Shown here piece after piece: positions 52,225 through 64,000 of a DNA stretch of 64,000 nucleotides. The stretch lies in the NCBI RefSeq assembly GCF_963853765.1, contig NC_088860.1:6262001-6326000 (forward strand), given 5' to 3'. The notes beneath the pieces were generated by a model, which was not told the DNA's origin, did no database searches, and saw only the letters and a list, made by a program, of their open reading frames with translations. Positions within the stretch are counted from its first letter, which is position 1, and every line of letters starts with the position of its first letter. Position numbers and translations under genes: made by a program. This DNA comes from Magallana gigas (lineage: Eukaryota).

Positions 52225-55200
52225 CTAGATCTGTATGGGTAGTCTGGGTGTGGCTATCAGGTCATCGTTGAAGGAGAGTTCCTGGGTCCACTCGTACAGT
52301 TTGCTGGCCTCCCTCTCCCATTCCTCCCCCTCCTCTCCATCCTCTCCCGTGATCCCGTACTTATCAAAGTAATCATCTGGCTCCTCGGACACTGCTGTCG
52401 GCTCACGCGAGTCCAAGAGTTTACTCCCCTCCTGAAAGGAAACATTGCTTGACAGTTACAACCCTGTAGACCTGTTTTTTTTATTCTCAAATGAGAAAGA
52501 TGAAACTGAACAACAACAAAATAAAGCACAGCAAAGAAATTGATAGGAGTTTTAAAACATAGCATAGGATATTGCATGGGCAGGAATATAGCAAATAATA
52601 AAATTTATCTAAATAGTCATTATTTTTTTATGGGGCTGTCATTTAGAGGAAAACTATTTCTGAATGAATATACATGTACATATTTACATTGTACATGTAC
52701 AAATGCATTTAGATGTGTGTTTAATTTCATTAGATTAGCAGGAAACTTTTATCAGAAATATTTGATATGTCAATAGATCTTCTATGCAAACTGAAAAAAA
52801 AATCACTCCTTTCTATCAAGAAAATACCGGTAGTTTGCAAATAAAATATCATGGTACAAATAATATTCTATACAAAATAACAAAAATGATATGGAGATCA
52901 CGATCAAAGAAGCATGAAAACTAATTGGACCGCAAGGATTGCTAATAAATGCATGTCATATAAATAAAGATAAAAAAGAATGCATGAAATAATAATAATC
53001 AACTTATCAGCTATTGTCCATCAATAAATAATACATAAAACATTATATACAAGCAGTAACATTGCAGGATACACATCTCTACATTCTTACCGAACTCGTT
53101 TCAGTTGAACTCTAGAAGAAAGGCAATCAAGTCCTCTTTGTTACATGGTCTTTTATCGATAATTGTTACAGAGATATTTTTCATAACCAGTGATACAATG
53201 TGATAAATTGAGTTGCAATACCAAACTTCCGATCACGTGTTAGAAAAACAGAGAATGATAAGACTTACTCGATCTAGACCGTACATCTTCCTGAGTTTGG
53301 AGGCTCGAGCTTTAGCCTGCCGGGACCGCCGACTTGAGATGGGATGACTTCCATAGCCAGACATTTTGGATTTGGGTGTGGTTAAAGGGGCTCCTACAGG
53401 TATGGACTCTGACCTGTTTTTATATAAGCAATTACATCAGGCCGTATCATTAAACATGTAAGTTTGATTTTTAAGGTGCATGCATAAAAATACAAATATT
53501 AATAGAACATGAACTTTTGATAAGAAATTTTATTCAAAATTTTTTGTTGTTTAAATTACTGTATCATTTAATATGCAATTATTATTAGAGTAAAAAAAAT
53601 TGCCAGCTGTTCAGTAATACTTAAAGTTGATACTTTTCACTGAAACCATAACCTACCGGAGAGTAGAAATGGCCCGTATATGTTGAACTTTGATCTCTTG
53701 TGACACAGGCCTTTGAACCAAGATAGGAATTTCCTGCCGTAGCCTGGGGGTGATTCTCTGATTGTACAAGTAGTCAATCACATCATAGAATATGGTCCGC
53801 CTTGAGAGAACTTTGAATAAAAAAAAATTCATTGTTTTTGAAAACTTTCTGCTATTTACAATGCAACTTAGTTTATTGTGTTGCTATTTAAAATACTGGT
53901 ATTTTTTTCAATTAAAGTTGATAGCTAAATTAGATTGTAAAATAAAAACTGTTTAACAAGAAACAAGGACTTTTAGTCTTATACACCTGCCATGTCTTTT
54001 TCGAAGAATTAGAATTGCTATATTTATGTGAACTTGACCTTGGTCAATGACCTCAAAGAACCTTTATGTCAACTGTATAGGTTCTGCTTATAGTTTAATC
54101 ATAAAAGTTTTTTGATGAGGTGCAAAATTCAAATAGACTGACATGGCCAGTGATTCTAATATAACCCCCCCCCCCCCCAAAAAAAAAATGTCCATGGAAT
54201 GTGATTATGATTAATGGTAAATTTAACCTTTTGATTAGAGTTTTTCCATTTTATTATTACCCCCCCCCCCCCCAAAAAAAAATAAATGTCCATGGAATGT
54301 GATTATGATTAATGGTAAATTTAACCTTTTGATTAGAGTTTTTCCATTTTATTATTTTAAGATATTGCTCATGGACTTTTAGTGAACTTAACATACTGTC
54401 TAATGTGAGTTTTCTCCAGTAGTTTTCTTTGCCTCCCAGTGATGCTGGAGCTTCATCCACATTAGCAAGATACTGAAATAGAAGCATTCACTTTATCAAT
54501 GTTAAGGCCTACATGATATCCTTACACTTGTGTAGAATTAAAGGTCGTTTGAGTTATTTACAACTTTGGAATAAACTTTGCATTTTTTAAGTTTTTCTTT
54601 AAATGTGTTAAGAATGGATTTAAGAAGTTGTTTCCCTTGAAAGGTGTTTATACCTGCATGTAATCCTTTAGTGTAGTGACATCAATTTCATCGGTGACTC
54701 TGTACTGTTGGTTATACATGGCGTCCTGTAGCATCTGATCATAGAATCTCCTGTTCCCCATGTGTCTCAAAGAGTCTTCAGAGGCCTGCCATAGGAATTT
54801 GTTATACATTATAATGATTTATTAAAATTTCAATAATCCATTGGATGATATATACCACAATGATTGCATATAAAAATGCTTTTAACAAAAGGAGATTTGC
54901 TAAAATTTCTAAAAGTTAATTCACTCCATCTGATACATAATAACAAACACTACAATTAAGTTTGATGTGGTCAGATCAACATGCTTTGGTAATAATTTTT
55001 TTTTTTAATTTTTACGCAATTAATTTTACAATAAATAATATAAATGTAAAAAATGATATGATGAAGCATGTTTCACATAATCAAAGAGCATTGTGCAAGT
55101 GAAAATCAATATTTATGTTGGTGTAGTAAATACCTATATACACATGGTATCGGGTGCGTTCGCCCCATCCACATGTTCGCCTTAGTCCGTTCGCTCTGGG

Positions 55201-55707
55201 TCCCTTCGCTCTAATTATCGTTCGCCCAAATAATCGTTCGCCTTAAACCTCGTTCGCTCCTTGTTTATAAATAAACCATATTATAAGTTATTTCATTTAC
55301 TTTTAGCTTAAAACTTGTTAACTTTTATTCATTATTCGTATTAGCAGATGATTATCACCTATTCTATAGGCCTAGCTATCTTTAAAGAATTTACATATAA
55401 CACAATTCTTTGATCTGTAAATGAGATGTATACGGAAATGGAACATGTAACTGTATCAAACTACATGTACTGTCAACCATGGTGATTATTATGTGGAAGT
55501 AGAAAGGGCGGTATTGTTTTTATTAATTATATATGTATCTTTCAAAATGTTTAAATTGACCAGAATACACAAAAATATATAAATTAATTAATCCTATATA
55601 AAATTAAGGCGAACGGACCTAGGGCGAACGAAAACTAGAGCGAACGGCGTCAAGGGCGAACGCGTTTTAGAGCGAACGAACAGCCAATCTATACACATGT
55701 ACTTCAC

Positions 55708-55746
<39 letters not shown>

Positions 55747-57219
55747 GTCATGCATACCTCAGAGGCTGGTTTGATCACTCGTTTTCCACTTAGGTATTTC
55801 ACACCTTTTCCTTCTGTGTGAATAAATATCTTGAAGAAAATCATGGGAGGAAATTCTTGTCCACCAAATCTGTATATGGGAATATGGGAAAAGTATTGTT
55901 AGAATTAGTCAACAAGGAAATTGACTACTACATGTACAAACATTTGAAAACAAATGATCAATAAAAATTTTAAACAGCAAGTTTCAATAAACTTTTTTCC
56001 TCAAATTGAAGCAAAATCACAACTTTTATGAAAGAAAATATATTTGTGAAAATATAAAATAATTATACATGAAGTGTTCATCCAAACACTTAAATAACAT
56101 ATCATACATGTAGTATCTAAAATAACTCAACTGTATAATTCATTAGACAGGAGCATATAATGCAATAACAAATTCCTCTTCAATACAAGAATTCAATAGT
56201 CTTTAATTTTTTATAAAGAAATTAACCCCTTAAGACAATTTTTTCACAAAAATGTACCAGAGATTACTCCAAGATAAGCCTTAATGTTTGACTAAACAAA
56301 CATTTTTTCTGAGGTACACTGAAATAACAGAGCTGAAATACATGTACCATCAAGACAGTGGCGTGAGTCATTAAGACAATGAAGTGTGTCATTTACCTGA
56401 ATCTAACTCTGACTTGTTGAACTTTGTCATCAAGAAGTTCAGCCTCCTTGGGACAAACTTTCCTCAAGATCTCTTTTGATAAAGAATTTTCCTAAAATTG
56501 ACAATTTTTATATTTAAAGAATATATACATCAAAACCCTTATGTGCACATATACCAGAAAAGTTTTGAATATGTATATAACTATACTCACTGCTGCACAT
56601 ACAGCATGTTTCAACAATCGGAACATTTGTTTGTCTCTGTAAGCGATCCACTGTCTCTCTATTATGGTAGCAGCAGCTTGCCTTATCAGTCTGTTCAAAA
56701 TTGTTTAAAGCATGATAGATAAAACATACTGTTTACACAAAGTTAAGCTGAGCAAAAGTTAAAAATATACTTTAGTGTGAGACAAGAGGATTAATATTAT
56801 TGTGTGAGCTTGAATACTTTAAAAAATAAAAACATAAAAAAAGTTCTGACACCCTCTGTAGAAATGTAAAATAACCCAACATATTTTACTCAGTTCATTC
56901 AATGTTTGTGGATCTTTACAGAATTCATGAAAAGATAGTCTTACTCCATTTCTGATTTCTGAGGCTGGCGAAGACCTTTGCTTAAAGTGCTTTGATTCAG
57001 ATTTGAGCGGCTTCCAGCTTGATAATCCTTTGAACTAATAGGCGTTGTTGTAAGTGCTCTATTTCCAACATCATCCTGTCCAGGAACATCCAGTCCAGGG
57101 CTTTTGGAGGGGGTTCCACCTCTTTTACTTGCTGCGGACGGGATTTTTACATTTATGGAAGTCCTGCTGGTCATGCTCTTGGCATCTGGACTCTTTGTTT
57201 CACTCCCCGATTCAGACAT
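52225..57219 (-). CDS. CXorf58: CXorf58 homolog (438 aa, IQ-like motif). Exons 57219-56945, 56690-56591, 56491-56397, 55869-55758, 54785-54654, 54472-54397, 53810-53657, 53413-53269, 53111-53091, 52431-52225
   Basis: AAATIIERQW...MFRLLKHAVCAAE...RFRFGGQEFPPMIFFKIFIHTEGKGVKYLSGK...GGKENYWRKL...RRSRQAKARASKLRKMY matches my recall of human CXorf58 better than its relative C11orf65. Ten GT-AG exons join in frame (1317 nt). Confidence 0.85.
54165..54357. repeat. Two tandem ~90-bp copies, each starting with poly-C/poly-A, in a CXorf58 intron
   Basis: ATGTCCATGGAATGTGATTATGATTAATGG...TTTTATTATT x2. May be an assembly artefact. Confidence 0.8.
55146..55689. mobile_element. MULE-like non-autonomous element with arrays of GTTCGC/GCGAAC subterminal repeats and a 9-10 bp TSD
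   Basis: TATACACAT(G) flanks both ends (55137-55145, 55690-55698). About 7 GTTCGC-like units at the left end and 5 GCGAAC units at the right. Confidence 0.7.
55711..55744. repeat. (AG)n microsatellite
   Basis: Pure AG run next to a CXorf58 donor site. Confidence 0.95.
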
Positions 57220-57513
57220 CTTTGAAGCAATGTTTCTTTTATTTCTTCAATAGAGAAAAATTGTTTTGCATTTACTTTTTTATGCAATCATATGTTTATG
57301 AGGCATCAAATAATAATGACTGTTGATATTGATGCATTTTGTACAAATATCACTCCCATTCAAACATGAATGACAATCAACAATTACTGGTTTCGTACAG
57401 ATTACTGACTTTCTAGAAGCAAGAAATCAGTACATTTTATTTCACGTGTGCACATTTGAATAACACAACTGCGTGAACATAATCAATCGAGGAAATTCGG
57501 GATTGTTGCTTAC

Positions 57514-57799
57514 CACAATTTCGATGTTCTTTACCATAACCATATAGGCAAAAGTTCTAGGTATCGATATAAAACTTCATGTTGTGGTATTCCCCATTCA
57601 AATTAGCAAAGATTTAAGCAATGACATGATTGATTACTGAAATTTTAGCGTTTCTATTATAAACATTTGCGAGAGCTTCCGTAGAAACCTGTCCCATAAT
57701 ACAATATTTTCAGATAGTGCGCATGCGTAGATACAAAATTCCAGACGGCGAATGTTTTGATGTTCTGTAACTAGTGTGAGGATTTTATGCTGCCGGAAA
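57514..57799. promoter_or_regulatory. Bidirectional promoter region shared by CXorf58 (-) and IFT80 (+)
   Basis: Probable CXorf58 non-coding exon donor at 57513 and IFT80 ATG at 57800. NRF1-like TGCGCATGCG at 57718-57727. Confidence 0.6.
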
Positions 57800-60700
57800 A
57801 TGAGATTGAAAACTTCGTTACAGAAAGAAGCAAAGCATATCCTTTTTTCCAACAACTATAGTTTAATGTAGAAATGTATTTATAATTGTATAATAACTTT
57901 GATCTGATGAAAAAAACATGACATGGTGTTAAAAAGTGGTGAAGTTTTTTAGTGGATTTTGCTTGTAATATCATGTGTGTTATTTTGGGGATTTTGTATA
58001 GAGTCTGTAAAATTACAAAACTCTGAGGACTTAACATAATATGTTACTGCTTGTTTATGTCTCATGTATATAAAGTAGATGTTTATGTTGAAATTTAAGA
58101 CCTATTTCATTTTAACGCTGCATTCCTTAACACCATAGCACATTCAGAACTTGTTAGTTGTGTTGGATGGACAACACCAGATGAATGTTACTCTGGAGCA
58201 GACGACCACCTTGTTTTGAAGTGGAATCTGAATTCAAATGAAACAACAACATTAGTCAAACTGCCAGAAGATGTGTTCCCTACAGATATGCACTGGTTCC
58301 CGAAATCAGCGGCAGGGGGAGGGGCCGGCAAAAAGGGATCAGACCTGTTTGTGCTCACTTCTACTGATGGTAATTCTAATAAAATTTCTGTTGGGTTATT
58401 AACCTTTTTCAAGATTTGACAGAAACTTTGATTAATATATTAATTGTGCATGGATCTATAGAAATGTATACTAACTGTTGATGTTTTTGTTGCCCACTCT
58501 ATAGAATCAAAGTACTGAAGAACTGACGGGAGTTGATTTTATCGTTTATTATATATTTTAGAATCAACGATATATTATTTTGCATGGCAAGTAGTATATA
58601 TTTGAATTATGCACATTTAAAAAAAAATGAATTATTCTCCGACAAGAATTTCGCGAAAACCCCATATGAATCATGTTGTGTAATATTCAAATAATTAATT
58701 CCATCAAACTACGTATCAGTAATCGACATTTCAAAGAAATAGTATGGATCGAAGCTCTATTGAACTCTAGTCTCGTCTGTCTCCGTTAATCTACGATAAG
58801 CAAGAGAGGCTCTCTGCTTGTCGGAGATTTACGGATATGTTGAACTCTGGCGTAGGAATACAAACAATGTACAACTACAAAAATATCTAAATTGTTCGTA
58901 CCATTTAAAATTTGACTATTTACAAGGCATCTTTAAATAAGTGTCCTTGAAAAACAATGTTTTAGAATATATTACATCGAATTTATCGATTATTTTCAAG
59001 GACTAAATGTTATCAGCGGTGTTAGTTTGTGCTTAGGTGCAAACACTGTTTCACTTTCGGTTTGCCTGAGTAACTGCATAGGAGAGTTGATTTAAAATCA
59101 ACTCCCAAAAAGATCAAAACTTTGACAGTTATAAGTACTTTTCTATTATATCCTGATACTTGTTTGATAATGGTAATTGCATGTCGTTGTTTGCAAATGT
59201 TTTTGATGTTCATTGACCTACAAATAGTTTCGATTCACTATATCTTTGTAGGAAAGTTCCATTTGATCAGCAGATCTGGAAGAGTAGAGAAAAGCATTGA
59301 TGCTCATAAAGGAGCTGTTTTGTCTGGCCGTTGGAGTTGGGATGGAACTGCCCTGGTTACAGGTATGTCATAATGAAGATAAAATCCTTTATAACTACAG
59401 TCACTGCCACTTTACAAAAAAATGTTTTACAAAATTTACTTTATGATTGAATTGTTAATTGGGTTCTTATTTTCAATGATGAACATATACCAACAAGTAT
59501 AGATGTGATTTACTGCAGGTTATTGATAATGATTAGCTTATAAGTAACTGTTGTATAAATTTAATAACATTTTGAATATGTGTAACCACTTGTATTTACC
59601 ATTGTAGCGGGTGAAGATGGACAAGTAAAAATCTGGTCTAGAAGTGGCATGTTGAGGTCTACTCTAACACAGAACAGTAAGTAGTTACTGATCACAGTAT
59701 TCAGTGTCTGAGAGCTGTGAGCTACTCTAACACAGAACAGTAAGTAGTAACTGATCACAGTATTCAATGTCTGAGAGCTGTGAGCTAATCTAACACAGAA
59801 CAGTAAGTTGTAACTAATCACAGTATTCAATGTCTGAGAGCTGTGAGCTTCTCTAACACAGAACAGTAAGTAGTTAACTGATCATAGTATTAAGTGTCTG
59901 AGAGTTGCAAGCTACTCTAACACAGAACAGTAAGTAGTAACTGATTACAGTATTCAGTGTCTGAGAGCTGTGAGCTACTCTAACACAGAACAGAAAGTAG
60001 TAACTAATCACAGTATTCAGTGTCTGAGAGCTGGTGTAACAAGTGAGGAGGTTGCTAAATTATGTATATCTATTTGACTGCAGGTAACACAGTGTATGGT
60101 GTTGCATGGGGACCAGACTCGGATCAAGTTCTATTTACCAATGGGAGACAACTTGTCATCAAGTCACTGCAGGCAAATGCTAAACCCACAATGGTAAGTT
60201 GTTTAATTAACAACTAAAGCTGTGTACTTCATAAATCATCATCCATTATGTACCTGATCTCAAAGGTGGGATATATAACTTCCAAACAAAGTCATTTATA
60301 TGTTATTGTCGGTCACTTGAGGTTTTTTTTTCTCCTCAGTGGAAAGCCCATGAAGGTGTCATATTAAATGTTGACTGGAACCCTGTAAACAACCTCATTT
60401 TGTCAGGAGGAGAAGATTGTAGATACAAGGTTTGTTACTGAACTGTCCCACTTTTCATGAACAGTATATGATTTAGTCTTATTCATTAAATATGCTTTGT
60501 TAGGTTTAGAGTTGCAATCTTCTCTGTTCATACACTGGTCCTTTTGTTAAGGTCTGGGACACATACGGGCGCATTATGTACAGCAGTGCTGCCCATGACT
60601 ACCCAATCACCTCATTAGCCTGGACACCCAATGGAGAACTATTTGCTGTCGGCTCCTTCAACACACTTAGACTCTGTGATCAGGCAGGGGTGAGTAATCA

Positions 60701-63217
60701 AACAATTGGTACTGTTATCAATCATTCTAGAGTTGTGCTTAGTGTTTCATTGCTATCATTTTCAAATTTAGAAAGAGTTGTTATTGAGATGAAATGTGAG
60801 AATTTTATAAAATGCTTTAAAATAGTTGCAGTACATGTATTGCTCTGGTAAAATATGATATTGTTTGATAAACATAATTTTAATATGTGCCATCTAAAAC
60901 TATGCCAAACTGAAATGAATTGCTCTTCTAAAGAGCATTTTGCAGTTATCTTGAAAGTCTAAATACTGGATACAGTTGTATAAGTATTTGTGATTTAGTA
61001 CCTGTGTATTATTTTAATGTTGTAGTGGTCATACTCTCTGGAGAAACCAAACACTGGTAGCCTGTTCAAATTGGCATGGTCCAGTGATGGAACACAGGTA
61101 GCAGGTGCTTGTGGCAATGGACAGGTACTGATAGCCAATGTCATTGAAAAGTAAGTACTAAGCAGTAACTACTACAGCACATGTGTGACTATAAGCTACT
61201 ATAAAGAAAAAATAATATTTCAATGTCAGTAGCTACTTGGCACATGTGTAACTTAAGTTATACTCATAAAAAACCATTATTCGGTTATTGTGTGAACTTT
61301 TGTCATACAGTTGTGCAATTTCAGTGCTTCAGGTTAATCTTTGTTTGTGTATTGTAGGAGACTGGAATGGAAAAATTATGAGGCAGTGGTTGTAAGCAGC
61401 AAACAAATCCATGTCAGAAATGTGATGAATGAAGCTTTGGAGAAACTAGACTTCAGAGACCGGGTCATCAAAGTCTCGCTGTGTTTCAATCATCTTGTGG
61501 TGGCCACAGCGTCGCAGTGCTACATTTACAAGTGTGTTTTATTCTTTACTGATTAAGTTTGTGTAAATAAACACAAAACAAAATATGAGGGTTTTTTCCC
61601 AGTTTTTAAAATTTGCAAGAGCAAAGTAAATAATATTTTTATTTGTACATGTCACATTTTGTAATTTCACTTTTTTTTGGTTTAGTTCAGAATTCTAGAT
61701 ATAATTATGCATGTTTTATTATATTTGCTACATAAAAAAGATACCCTAAAAAATGAACAAAAAATATTTGAAATTGAGAAAAAAAAACCCTTTAACATAA
61801 TATATCACAATTTATCAAAATAGAAAATGTTCATGCATGAGAAAAAAGATTTTAAATCTATACAGTACTTACCAAAGTTTTTTATTTTCACTTCAGCACA
61901 AAGAATTGGAATACTCCTATGATTTTTGATTTGAAGGAGGGCAACATATCACTGATTCTTCAAGCAGAGAAGTAATTTTCCATAAAACTTTTACTTATTA
62001 TGTATAAGTGTGTGTTGTTTTTATTTCATTTCTCATTTCTTAAGTCAAAGATGAAAGCTCTTCTTACAGCATATTAACAATAAAGAAAACATATATGTTC
62101 TTTTATTTTAGACACTTTATGCTGGTGGACAGCTCCAATGTGTACATCTACTCCTATGATGGTCGGATGGTCTGCTCTCCTAAATATCCAGGAATGAGGG
62201 CAGATATATTGAATTATCAAACAGTATCTCTGAGTAATGACACAGTAGCAATTAGAGACAAAACAGACGAAAAAGGTACCAGCACACCCTTTATAAAAGA
62301 TTATATCATGAGAAATGTATCTTATTTTTAAAGTTTAAGCTTAAGAAAAATAATGCTCCATAGTAATTTTTTCATTAAAAATTGATTATTAAATAGGCAA
62401 ATACTGTTCCTATGAACTGTTTAGAAGACAATCGTTTTTCTTTGTAGTAATTTACGTCTTTGATGCACAAAATGGAAAACCATTGGGAGACGGAAAACCT
62501 ATTACACACAAGGTACATTGTACATTACCACATCACTGTCATAGTGTTTCCTTTAAGCTTCAGAAACGGTCAGTGAGATTTGTCTCTATGCTCTATATGT
62601 CTCATCACTGGTCGTTGTTTTACAGTTGGAGGTGATGGAGATCGCTCTGGACCAGTGTGGACCGGCAACAGAGAGGAGACTGGCCATCATTGACAAAAAC
62701 AGAGACCTGTACCTGACCTCTGTCAGAGTGTTCGGCTCCGAGAGGAAGTCCAACAAGTTAGGTAGGGGTTGTTGTTTATGAACATTGTAGAATACCATAC
62801 ATCATGGTGGACGGGTTGCGATTATTTTTTTTTTTTGCTATGTATCAATAATAATTATTTTACTGACATATTTTTAAAATGAAACTCCCCCTTCCAAAAA
62901 TCAGTAAGTAAAAGGAAATGTACCAGGTATACACAGAATTGTTTGAAACAAGGGTGAGGTTTTAACCTATGAACATGTACATTTTGATTGGACAGGGAGT
63001 TTTGACATCGGAAGTCATCCATCTATGAGTGTAATTGTTTGATAGGTGAGAATAGTTGTTGTTATACAGGAAACATGATACAGTCCCTGTGTTGGAACGA
63101 CTCGGCCAACATGTTAGCTGCTCTAGCCGATGGGAAATTCACTGTGTGGTATTACCCCAACACGATCTACGTGGACAGAGACCTAGCCAGCCGCACTGTG
63201 TTTGAGAAGGAAGCAAG
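57800..63217 (+). CDS. IFT80: Intraflagellar transport protein 80, 5' part; the gene continues beyond the window. Exons 57800-57836, 58142-58369, 59252-59362, 59608-59676, 60084-60193, 60340-60429, 60552-60689, 61026-61150, 61358-61531, 61897-61971, 62112-62275, 62448-62512, 62626-62761, 63070-63217
   Basis: [24 protein letters not shown]...[23 protein letters not shown]...[14 protein letters not shown]...[13 protein letters not shown]...[10 protein letters not shown]...[14 protein letters not shown]...[14 protein letters not shown] matches IFT80 throughout. All 14 exons are phase-consistent. Confidence 0.97.
57837..58141 (+). other. U12-type (minor spliceosome) AT-AC intron, IFT80 intron 1
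   Basis: 5' splice site ATATCCTT at 57837, branch site TTCCTTAAC at 58123-58131, terminal AC at 58140-58141. The join restores K-H-S-E. Confidence 0.92.
59659..60033 (+). repeat. Minisatellite of six ~63-bp units derived from the IFT80 exon 4 / intron 4 junction
   Basis: Unit CTACTCTAACACAGAACA|GTAAGTAGT(A/T)ACTGATCACAGTATTCAGTGTCTGAGAGCTGTGAG, with the ACTCT sub-motif starting at 59661, 59724, 59787, 59850, 59914 and 59977. Confidence 0.95.
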
Positions 63218-64000
63218 GTATGAATTATAACGGCATCTGTATCTCATCATGATTATAGAAAGTATTCTGAATTCTTCATCATGTTAATGTGTAATATAAA
63301 ACTTGTGTGTATTTAACTTACAATGCTAACCAAATGTTAACATTTAAATCTGCTCTTCATCAGTAAGAGGTAAGATAAATTCTCTTTAGCTCATTTAATC
63401 ACATATTATTAGTTGTTTAGCTGCTCTCATTTGAAAACTAGGAAATAGAATAGATTTGTATCAATATCATTACATATACTGGTACATGAATAACTTATAT
63501 ATGTACACTTTTCTGTTGGTTCTATGGTACATAGTTTTCAGTCACCAAAGGCTGCACAAGGTTACATGGTATCTTCCAATCCTGATTTAATATTCTTCTA
63601 TACTCTGGGAATCCTAGTGGGTTGTTTTATTGTAATACAAATATAGCACATTGGAAAAGGTGATATCTACAGTGTTCATTTAGTTTCTAAATATCTGTCA
63701 ATGATATACATTAGATTCACTCATTGATCGGTATCTAAAGGTAATTTGATAACATTGTATGTACATGTATGTTGATGACACTGATTGATTATTCAAATTT
63801 AGTTTGAACATTATTTTTGTGTCTTTAAAAATATATTTTATATACAATATAGTGCTTTGCATGTCTTTTAGGATATAGTTTAAATCTTTGTTTTAAATAA
63901 GAATGCATGGTTATTTTTTATTTCATAATTTATGAAAATTGCTAATACATGTACCTTTAAAAAAAAATTTATTTTTTTTTACATGTGAAATGAATATAAA

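Noticed and set aside
56492-56698. Assignment of the minus-strand gene to C11orf65/MFI
   Set aside because: The family is related, but the RLLKHAVCAAE, FKIFIHTEG and GG.ENYWRKL motifs fit CXorf58 better by recall. A phylogeny would settle it.
59561-60033. CRISPR-like array, or a repetitive 89-aa ORF
   Set aside because: The units are contiguous with no unique spacers, there are no cas genes, and the context is a eukaryotic intron. The ORF is the antisense reading of the minisatellite.

Overview
AT-rich, intron-containing bivalve genomic DNA, most likely a Crassostrea/Magallana oyster (inferred from the repeat families and gene content), with one assembly gap at 15726-15876. No prokaryote-type features (CRISPR, rRNA) are supported. 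The left half (~0.8-35 kb) is a tandem cluster of secreted low-complexity proteins that look like shell-matrix proteins: five intact Gly/Tyr-rich shematrin-like genes, one pseudogene, and one Ser/Gly/Asn-rich gene. The five Gly/Tyr genes share one architecture: TATA, a non-coding exon, one large coding exon, a phase-1 intron, and a 14-20 nt last coding exon that encodes a short, mostly basic tail. Three of them share a non-repetitive FPxGNP[WF]xPGxN[FY][IV]DL motif. A 5-exon PAN-domain gene fused to a domain I cannot name sits inside the cluster. The right half holds selenoprotein T (in-frame UGA in CxxU plus a 3'UTR SECIS; missed by the ORF track), a 2-exon CARD/coiled-coil gene, an intronless PKDCC/VLK-like secretory-pathway kinase, and a CXorf58 homolog head-to-head with IFT80. 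IFT80 intron 1 is a U12 AT-AC intron, and intron 4 carries a 63-bp tandem repeat that multiplies the splice donor. Many non-autonomous DNA elements are present (Helentron/HINE-like, TTAA-flanked, Harbinger-like, MULE-like). Family assignments come from manual translation and recalled protein sequences, not from database searches.
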